Shown one piece after another: positions 57,106-64,000 of a stretch of DNA of 64,000 nt. Where the stretch lies: positions 3,768 to 67,767 of the forward strand of contig JAILBT010000037.1 of assembly GCA_024680755.1 (NCBI GenBank). The letters are read 5' to 3'. The notes under the pieces were generated by a model. The model worked only from the letters and a program-made list of their open reading frames with translations, did no database searches and was not told the DNA's origin. The DNA comes from Prevotella sp. (GTDB lineage: Bacteria; Bacteroidota; Bacteroidia; Bacteroidales; Bacteroidaceae). Positions within the stretch are counted from its first letter, which is position 1. Each line of letters begins with the position of its first letter. Position numbers and translations under genes: made by a program.

Positions 57106-57246
57106 ATGCCGAGTATATCCAATAACATCTTTCTGGAAGTACTCATCAAGGTCATCTATACCACAAGAAAAATGCTCGCACTCAGCGAGCACTTCTTCCG
57201 TCAATTCTGTGAACGTAAAACCGTTCAAAAGTTCTTCAACTGTCAT
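57099..57246 (-). pseudogene. Truncated GNAT acetyltransferase (toxin-like), N-terminus only
   Basis: FTELTEEVLAECEHFSCGIDDLDEYF matches the F.CG..DL..F/Y start of GNAT toxins; the frame then runs into the REP. Confidence 0.6.
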
Positions 57247-57410
57247 AGCGGCATTCCCGACCTTTTCATCATTTCAATATAAGCACGCTCTTCTTTCTCG
57301 TTAAATATAACGATATTGCGTGGGTTGCGCTCACGCTCTTCTGCACGCTCTATGAATGTCCTTGCGGCTTCACCGTGCAATGTTGGGATAATCTTTACTG
57401 GTGTTGCCAT
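57243..57410 (-). CDS. Small antitoxin-like protein (55 aa) coupled to the GNAT gene
   Basis: MATPVKIIPTLHGEAARTFIERAE; ATGA stop/start overlap; TAATTTTG promoter box just upstream. Confidence 0.6.
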   Translation of the reverse strand: MATPVKIIPTLHGEAARTFIERAEERERNPRNIVIFNEKEERAYIEMMKRSGMPL

Positions 57411-57509
57411 ATTATAAACTCCATCTGATTTCTGCTGCAAAATTAGTCAAAAATCTCCAAAGTTGCAAGGATTTGGCTATATTTCAACAAAAAAGAACCG
57501 AAAATAGAG

Positions 57510-57721
57510 GAAATTCATCTGAAGAAAGTCCGCTACGTAGTTTCTCGACCTCACTTGCAGTTTGTATGTACCCAGTGCCCTGTCCTGTCCTACACGTCTT
57601 TTCAGACTGGCAATGTCCTTATCGAATGCGCCCAGCAGAGTCTCGTATTCACTGCCGAAACCTTGATAGGCATTCTTTGCAAGCAAAGCGTCGCAAGCGC
57701 CGAGCGGCGCACCATCTTTGC
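57510..57721 (-). pseudogene. Fragment of a Bacteroidales tyrosine integrase (SAM-like region)
   Basis: After removing the 32-nt insert it reads AKMVR-NAYQGFGSEYETLLGAFDKDIASLKRRVGQDRALGTYK; recognised from memory of this family. Confidence 0.65.
57675..57706 (-). mobile_element. 32-nt two-hairpin mini element, copy 4 (frameshifts the integrase relic)
   Basis: CGCTCG-GCGC-TT-GCGA-CG-CTTTGC-TT-GCAAAG between CGC and AAT codons. Confidence 0.75.
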
Positions 57722-58218
57722 TGGCGAAAATGAGAAAGACTGCATGACAGAACTCAACGAATTGGTCAGAGGCATATATATGCCTTTTTTAAGGGAAGCC
57801 GATTCTGTTGATACCTCAATATATGCTGCCACTAATGAATTCAGTGAGTAGTCGCAGGGACAACGTGACAGCACATCGTCATCTGCGTGAATGGCGACAA
57901 CACCTTGCATAATATCAAGAGCGACGAGGAGCATTGGAAGGCTGCGTTTGAGCGGGGGGACAGAGTGATGCTGGCATCCGCTCTGAGGAAAATGCCGACC
58001 TGAGCTCTCTCAGTGCAGGGGCTGGCACAGGGCCTGCCCCTACGCTGAGAGAGCAAGCGCACAGCATATAAAAATCTTAATTTTCTGCCAAAAAATTAGG
58101 CAGTTAATTTTTTTTTGCCTAACTTTGCCCCCACGTTGCAGGCCGAGCCCGCGGGTGAGGCCGTGTGGCGTATGCGAACAATTTACTTACCCATGTAATA
58201 ACTAAAACAGTTAACACA

Positions 58219-60279
58219 ATGGACTCTCAAGATCAAGCCCTGAAAGCACAGCAGGGCACACCCGAAGAAGTGAGCAACGAGCAGCAGCCCGTAGCCGAAA
58301 CCGCTGCCGCCGAGCAGCCCGCCACGCCCGCCGCCGAGACCGCCGTCGAGCAGCCTGCCGCCCCCGTAGAAGAGGCTGCAGCAGCCGAGCCAGACCCCGC
58401 CGAGCAGCCTGCCGCCCCCGCTGAGGAGCCTGCCCCGCGCCAGTATCAAACCAAGCAGGAGGTGCTGGAGCGCATGCGCGAGATAGCGCAGGGCGAAGAG
58501 GCACCACAGAAAGACGAGGTGGAGGCACTCAAGGCCGTGTTCTACCGCATGCACCTGGCTGAGCGCGAGGCAGCACAGAAAGCCTACATCGACGCCGGTG
58601 GCGACCCCGAGACATATCAGGTCATGCCCGACGAGACAGAAGAGGCCTTCAAGCGTGAGCTGCAGGTGGTCAAGGAGCGCCGACAGCTGCTCTTCAAGGA
58701 GCAGGAACAGGAGAAAGCCGACAACCTGGAGAAGAAGCTGGCCATCATCGAGAAGATAAAGGGCATGGTGACGTCGCCCGACGAGGCCGGCAAGAGCTTC
58801 GCCGAACTGAAGGCCCTGCAGCAGCAGTGGCGCGAGATAGGCGCCGTGCCACCAGAGCGAGCCACCGAGCTGTGGCGCAACTACCAGCTCTATGTCGAGC
58901 AATACTACGACCTGCTGAAGCTGAACAACGAGGCACGCGAATACGACTTCAAGAAGAATCTTGAGAAGAAACAGCAGCTGTGCGAGGCCGCCGAGCGGCT
59001 GGCCGACGAGGAAGACATCATCAGTGCCTTCCATCAGCTGCAGAAACTGCACCAGGAATACCGTGAGACCGGCCCCGTGGCCAAGGACCTGCGCGAAGAG
59101 ATATGGACACGCTTCAAGGCAGCCTCGACCGTCATCAACAAGCGCCACCAGCAGCACTTTGAGGAGTTGCGCTCGCGCGAGGAAGAGAACCTGCAGAAGA
59201 AAACAGAGCTCTGCGAGCGGGCCGAGCAGATAGCTGCCGAGGAGAATAAGGGCAGCGCCGACTGGGAACGACATACGCAGGCCATGATAGCCCTGCAGCA
59301 GGAGTGGAAGCAGATAGGCTTCGCTCCGCAGAAGATGAACGTCAAGATCTTCGAGCGCTTCCGCACGGTGTGCGATGCCTTCTTCCAGAAGAAGACAGAG
59401 CATTTCCGCCAACTGAAGGAGACCTTCCGCGAGAACGCCGACAAGAAGCGCGCTCTGGTGGAACAGGCGCGGGCCCTGCAGGACAGCACCGACTGGAAGC
59501 AGACCGCCGACAAGCTGGTGCAGCTGCAGAAGGAATGGAAGCAGATAGGCATGGTGTCGAAGCGCGTGGGCGACCAGCTGTGGGCCGATTTCCAGGCTGC
59601 CTGCAACCACTTCTTCGACCAGCGCAACGCGGCCGGCAGCGGACAGCGACAGGAAGAGCGCGACAACCTGGCCAAGAAGCGCGAGATAGTGGAGCAGCTG
59701 CGCGCCGTGGCCGTTGAAGCAGGCGACGACGTGGAGCAGAAGGTGCAGCAGCTCGTGGCCCGCTTCAACGAGATTGGACATGTGCCATTCCGCGACAAGG
59801 ACAAGCTCTACGACGAATATCACGGACTGCTCGACGAGCTGCGCCGCAACATGAACGTGCGCGTGGCCGGACGACGGCTCAACCAGTTTAAGGACAACAT
59901 ACGCCGTGTGGCAGAGCGCGGACAGGAGGCACTCGGAGGCGAGCGCGCCAAGCTGCAGCGCCAGCTGGAACAGCTGCAGAGAGACCTGCAGACATACGAG
60001 AACAACCTGGGCTTCCTCTCTGCCTCAAGCAAGAAAGGAAACTCGCTGGTTGACGAGATGAACCGCCGTGCGGATAAGATTCGGCAGGAGATACAGCTGG
60101 TGCGCGAGAAGATAAAGGCGCTGGCCAACGCAAAGAAAGAGGCTGCAGAGGCTCCTGCCGCCGAAGCTCCTGCCGCCGAAGCTCCTGTCGCCGAAGCTCC
60201 TGCCGCCGAAGCACCCGTTGCCGAGGCTCCCGTTGCCGAGGCTCCCGCAGCTGAGGAACCGGCAAAAGCTGAAGAGTAG
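58219..60279 (+). CDS. DUF349 domain protein
   Basis: Repeated LQQ(E/Q)W(K/R)-IG-VP...LW-RF...C--FF helical units; ATG 58219 chosen, downstream of promoter box 58120-58127. Confidence 0.88.
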   Translation: MDSQDQALKAQQGTPEEVSNEQQPVAETAAAEQPATPAAETAVEQPAAPVEEAAAAEPDPAEQPAAPAEEPAPRQYQTKQEVLERMREIAQGEEAPQKDEVEALKAVFYRMHLAEREAAQKAYIDAGGDPETYQVMPDETEEAFKRELQVVKERRQLLFKEQEQEKADNLEKKLAIIEKIKGMVTSPDEAGKSFAELKALQQQWREIGAVPPERATELWRNYQLYVEQYYDLLKLNNEAREYDFKKNLEKKQQLCEAAERLADEEDIISAFHQLQKLHQEYRETGPVAKDLREEIWTRFKAASTVINKRHQQHFEELRSREEENLQKKTELCERAEQIAAEENKGSADWERHTQAMIALQQEWKQIGFAPQKMNVKIFERFRTVCDAFFQKKTEHFRQLKETFRENADKKRALVEQARALQDSTDWKQTADKLVQLQKEWKQIGMVSKRVGDQLWADFQAACNHFFDQRNAAGSGQRQEERDNLAKKREIVEQLRAVAVEAGDDVEQKVQQLVARFNEIGHVPFRDKDKLYDEYHGLLDELRRNMNVRVAGRRLNQFKDNIRRVAERGQEALGGERAKLQRQLEQLQRDLQTYENNLGFLSASSKKGNSLVDEMNRRADKIRQEIQLVREKIKALANAKKEAAEAPAAEAPAAEAPVAEAPAAEAPVAEAPVAEAPAAEEPAKAEE
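60145..60249 (+). repeat. 15-nt coding repeat x7 (AEAPA/AEAPV)
   Basis: Visible at the C-terminus of the DUF349 gene. Confidence 0.9.
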
Positions 60280-60793
60280 GAGAGGGCAGACATCGCACAA
60301 TGATGTCATACAGGGCTCGGCGAATTTTTGAGTGGGTGATACCGCCAGTGTAGGGGCAGGCCCCACAATTACTGGCAAAACCTCATACAGAAGACCAGGC
60401 GAGACATGTGAAAACCAATTGAAGCATTGGTTTTTGCATGTCTTGCCTGTTTTGTGCCGGTTTCGTGAATAGAGGGCCGGGCGAAATCCACCTCCATGCC
60501 ATCCCCCCGGGGATGCAAGCTGCTGACAACTCTTTGCCGCTGCACAACAGAAATGTCGTTGAGTCAGAATGGCGGTGTGTGCTGCATAATGTTACATGCT
60601 GTGCGGTCGCATTTCCGGTGTAGGGGCAGACCCTGTGCCGGCCCGATTGCCTGAAAGGGCAAGTTTAGCGAGGTGGGCAACGGTGTTTGGCCCCAAAAAA
60701 CACGGAAATCTCACGAGTGAAGACAACGAAAACAGAACCGACAGCTCAACCCCACAGCACGCAACATTATTGTGGGCGCGGTCAAACGGGATA

Positions 60794-60955
60794 ACCTTTG
60801 CGGTACAACAGAGGCCTTATTGCGGTACGAAACGGGCCCCGTTACAGCTTTCGCCTGTAAGCGAAAAGCCTTTCGCCTGTAGGCAAAACCCTTTTCGCCT
60901 GTAAGCGAAAAGCCTTTCGCCTGTAGGCAAAAACCTTTTCGCCAGTAGGCAAAAA
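60794..60955. repeat. Composite ~22-nt-period repeat (GCGGTAC...GGCC x2, then TTTCGCCTGTA x5)
   Basis: Same two motif families in the same order as 7964-8165. Confidence 0.8.
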
Positions 60956-60979
60956 CCAAAGTCTCCCCCCGAACAGGAC

Positions 60980-61025
60980 AAAAAAAACGGGCCGCAGCCC
61001 TCCGTGACAGGGGGCTGCGGCCCGT
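60980..61025 (-). terminator. Intrinsic terminator of tRNA-Arg
   Basis: ACGGGCCGCAGCCC hairpin followed by T8 on the minus strand. Confidence 0.8.
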
Positions 61026-61071
61026 CATTCACTGCCGTAGAAACGCAGGCAAGGCTGCCGCGCGTGCAGGG

Positions 61072-61145
61072 TGATTCCGCCGGGGCTCGAACCCGGGACC
61101 CACAGCTTAGAAGGCTGTTGCTCTATCCAACTGAGCTACGGAACC
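61072..61145 (-). tRNA. tRNA-Arg (anticodon UCU)
   Basis: GGTTCCGTAGCTCAGTTGGATAGAGCAACAGCCTTCTAAGCTGTGGGTCCCGGGTTCGAGCCCCGGCGGAATCA folds as a cloverleaf; own promoter box and terminator. Confidence 0.96.
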
Positions 61146-61269
61146 GCCTAAATCGGGCGCAAAGGTAGCAAGAATTTTGCTATGTGCCAAATAAATAACA
61201 CAAAAATTTGGCCTTTTCAGTAGATTGTAGTAATTTTGCGCGCTGAAATGTGAACAGACGAAACCAAAC

Positions 61270-62592
61270 GTGATGAAAAAACATATAGTTGCAGCGGCTG
61301 TGATGATGGCCTTCTGCGCGAGTGCAGCCGGACAGAGCGGAACCAACTCTCCATATTCGCAGTATGGGCTGGGCCTCATGGCCGACGGTGCCACCGGCTT
61401 CAACAAGGGCATGGGAGGCATAGGTACCGCCCTGAGCCACAGCGGGTATGTGAACACGCTCAACCCCGCGTCGTATGCCACCATCGACTCACTGACATTC
61501 ATCTTCGACATTGGCCTGTCCGGTCAGCTGACCAACTTCAAGGAGGGCAACACCCGCCTGAACGCGCGTAACGCCAACATCGAATACATCGCAGGAGCCT
61601 TCCGCCTGATGAAGCATGTGGGCATGAGCTTCGGTGTCATGCCATACAGCAACATAGGCTACAACTATTCCAGTTCGATGAAGCTGGACCATAACGGCAT
61701 AACGACCGTCACCGAGACCTACAAAGGCGAGGGCGGCCTGCACCGGGCATATCTGGGGGCCGGTTGGGAGCTGACCAACATGCACATAGGCCGTCTGAAG
61801 CTGGGCCACCTGCGCTTAGGTGCCAACGCGGCATACGTCTGGGGCAGCTATACGCGCTCCGTGACGAGCAGCAGCTCTACGACCCAGGCCATCAACTCCA
61901 TAGCAAAGACATACGCCGGCGTGGTCAACTCATACGCCGTGGATTTCGGACTGCAGTGGCAGCTGCCAATGACAGCCACCGACGAGCTGACCATAGGCGG
62001 GACAGTGGGCCTGGGGCATAAGCTGGGCACAGACCCCACATGCACCATCACCAACACCAACTCTGTGACAGGCGAGGTTGACGACTCCGTCTATACCGCC
62101 AGCAACGCCCTGGCCACACCCATGACATACGCCGTGGGACTGTCGTGGAACCACGGACAGCAATGGCTCGTGGGAGCTGACCTTGAGCTGCAGCAGTGGG
62201 GAAAGGTGGATGTGCCGCAATACGACCAGCTGCGTGGGGTCTATGAAGCCAGGAGCGGACTGCTGCGCAACAGCAGGCGGGTGCGCCTGGGTGCCGAGTG
62301 GCAGCCGTCGGCCCAGAGCCGCAACTACCTGAAACGAATACGCTACAGGGTAGGGGGCAGCTATGCCACATCCTATTTCAACATAAAGGGCAAGGAAGGC
62401 CCGAGCGAGCTGGCGCTGACCCTGGGCTTCGGACTGCCCATACAGAACGTGTGGGGCGGACGCTCCACGCTGAATATCAGCGGCGCATTCGTGCACAGCT
62501 CGGCCAAGGACATGATAACGGAGAACAGCTTCCGCCTGAACCTTGGCATCACGTTCAATGAGAGGTGGTTCCAGAAATGGAAGGTTCAATAG
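61270..62592 (+). CDS. Outer-membrane beta-barrel protein (FadL-like fold)
   Basis: Signal peptide, NSPYSQYGLG, GMGG...NPAS, amphipathic strands, terminal GITFNERWF. Confidence 0.7.
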   Translation: MMKKHIVAAAVMMAFCASAAGQSGTNSPYSQYGLGLMADGATGFNKGMGGIGTALSHSGYVNTLNPASYATIDSLTFIFDIGLSGQLTNFKEGNTRLNARNANIEYIAGAFRLMKHVGMSFGVMPYSNIGYNYSSSMKLDHNGITTVTETYKGEGGLHRAYLGAGWELTNMHIGRLKLGHLRLGANAAYVWGSYTRSVTSSSSTTQAINSIAKTYAGVVNSYAVDFGLQWQLPMTATDELTIGGTVGLGHKLGTDPTCTITNTNSVTGEVDDSVYTASNALATPMTYAVGLSWNHGQQWLVGADLELQQWGKVDVPQYDQLRGVYEARSGLLRNSRRVRLGAEWQPSAQSRNYLKRIRYRVGGSYATSYFNIKGKEGPSELALTLGFGLPIQNVWGGRSTLNISGAFVHSSAKDMITENSFRLNLGITFNERWFQKWKVQ

Positions 62593-63248
62593 GCGAAAGA
62601 TGTCGGGCCGCAGTCGTGGCCGCTGTTGCGACATGGGCGCTCATGGCCTGTCAGGGCAACACCGAACACATGGCACCGGCCATAGACGAGCGCGACTCGG
62701 TGGCCATGATGGTGACATGGGGCGTCAACACGCTTATAAGCGACTCTGGCGTGATAAAATATCGCATCGTGACCGAAGAGTGGGTGGTCAACACCGTCAA
62801 GCAGCCACAGCGCTGGGAGTTTATGAAGGGCGTGTTCTTCGAACAGTTTGACGAGAAACTGCTTGTCGAGGGCTATATCCAGGCTGACACCGCATGGTAT
62901 TTCGACCAGCTGAAGCTGTGGCACCTGCGCGGTCGCGTGCGCATACGCAATCAGAAAGGACTTGTCTATACCAGCGAGGAGCTGTTCTGGGACGGCCTGC
63001 GACACGAGTTCTACAGCCATGTGTTCTCGCGCGTTGTCACCCCAGAGCGAACTATCGAGGGCACCGAGTTTCTCAGCGACGAACACATGGAACACTACCG
63101 CGTGAGCAACTCGGTGGGCTCGTTTGTCAGGGACGCGGCAGACCAGAGCGGTAGCGGCGCTCTGCAGGCGGGGCAAGAAGCAGCCGACGACAGTCTCGCA
63201 CAGCAGACCATACGCCCCGCAGCACAAAAACACGGCAAGAATAGATGA
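62565..63248 (+). CDS. lptC: LPS export periplasmic protein LptC-like lipoprotein
   Basis: LMAC lipobox, LISDSG..KYRI, IQADTAWY, LWHLRGRV, SEELFWD; start uncertain. Confidence 0.75.
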   Translation: MVPEMEGSIGERCRAAVVAAVATWALMACQGNTEHMAPAIDERDSVAMMVTWGVNTLISDSGVIKYRIVTEEWVVNTVKQPQRWEFMKGVFFEQFDEKLLVEGYIQADTAWYFDQLKLWHLRGRVRIRNQKGLVYTSEELFWDGLRHEFYSHVFSRVVTPERTIEGTEFLSDEHMEHYRVSNSVGSFVRDAADQSGSGALQAGQEAADDSLAQQTIRPAAQKHGKNR

Positions 63249-64000
63249 CTGGACTTATCATAGCCTTACTGGTCACCATGACCTTCTCGGCCTTCTTCTC
63301 TGGCATGGAGATAGCCTTCGTGTCGAGCAATAGGCTGCTGGCCGAGGTGGACCGCGAGAAGAATGGACTCGCGCAGCGGGTCATCGCCTTCTTCTACCGT
63401 CACCCGGGCGAGTTTGTCAGCACCATGCTCGTGGGCAACAATATCGCCCTGGTCGTGTATGGCATTCTCTTTGCCGACATCTTCGACCAGACGCTCTTCG
63501 CCAACCTGTCTGATGGCGTCCGGGTCACGGCAGACACCATACTGTCAACGCTGGTGGTGCTCTTCACCGGCGAGTTCCTGCCGAAGACCATCTTCAAGAG
63601 CAGTCCCAACGCATGGCTCACGGCCTTTGCCCTTCCCGCGTACATTATTTATATTGTGCTGTGGCCGGTCAGCCGCTTCTCGGCCGCACTGTCGCGTGGC
63701 ATCATGCGACTGTTCGGCGCCAGGGTCGATCCCCATGCCGCGGAGCAGGCCTTCACCAAGGTCGATCTCGACTATCTCGTGCAGAGCTCAATAGACAATG
63801 CCGAGAGCGACGATCAGGAGATAGACCAGGAGGTGAAGCTGTTCCACAACGCGCTCGACTTCAGCCAGACAAAGGTGCGCGACTGCATGGTGCCACGCAC
63901 GGAGATAGACGCCGTGCCAGTGGAGAACACCACGCTCGGACAACTGCGCTCGCGCTTCACCGACAGCGGACACAGCAAGATGATCGTCTATAGCGACAAC
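63245..64000 (+). CDS. Hemolysin-family CNNM (DUF21) + CBS protein (runs off window end)
   Basis: Hand translation MTGLIIALLVTMTFSAFFSGMEIAFVSSN...TMLVGNNI...GEFLPK...VRDCMVPRTEI...SGHSK. Confidence 0.9.
   Translation, partial: MTGLIIALLVTMTFSAFFSGMEIAFVSSNRLLAEVDREKNGLAQRVIAFFYRHPGEFVSTMLVGNNIALVVYGILFADIFDQTLFANLSDGVRVTADTILSTLVVLFTGEFLPKTIFKSSPNAWLTAFALPAYIIYIVLWPVSRFSAALSRGIMRLFGARVDPHAAEQAFTKVDLDYLVQSSIDNAESDDQEIDQEVKLFHNALDFSQTKVRDCMVPRTEIDAVPVENTTLGQLRSRFTDSGHSKMIVYSDN

Noticed and set aside
60300-61145. Genomic island integrated at tRNA-Arg
   Set aside because: No duplicated tRNA 3' end or intact integrase was seen; the tRNA has its own terminator and core genes on both sides.

Overview
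High-GC Bacteroidales (Prevotella-like) chromosomal window; the assignment rests on gene content and on TAnnTTTG -7 promoter boxes. Housekeeping genes lie on both flanks: cstA, TetR, waaA, gltX, two DUF4230 genes and xth on the left; GH43, mnmA, a CPA2 antiporter, hisG, xseA, an acyl-CoA ligase, DUF349, tRNA-Arg, an outer-membrane protein, lptC and a CNNM/CBS gene on the right. Between them is a ~38-kb co-directional type V pilus-like locus (8309-46322): a DUF3575-like outer-membrane protein, a DUF5119-like lipoprotein and 12 pilin-like lipoproteins. Five non-pilus nuclease-domain genes are interleaved (one Rpn/PD-(D/E)XK-like gene and four AAA-ATPase + PD-(D/E)XK genes). Four observations stand out. 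(1) The AAA genes form two direct-repeat pairs, each bracketing one variable pilin, and all five passenger genes share an AAAT(C/A)GT leader, giving a candidate pilin-cassette diversification system. (2) A 30-33 nt two-hairpin mini-element with covarying stems is inserted four times at C^AA with no target duplication: in frame in two ATPases, frameshifting an integrase relic, and inside a larger palindrome. (3) REP-like palindromes sit 8-12 nt downstream of four promoters. (4) Short tandem repeats overwrite several gene 3' ends. All family assignments come from motif recognition, not database searches.
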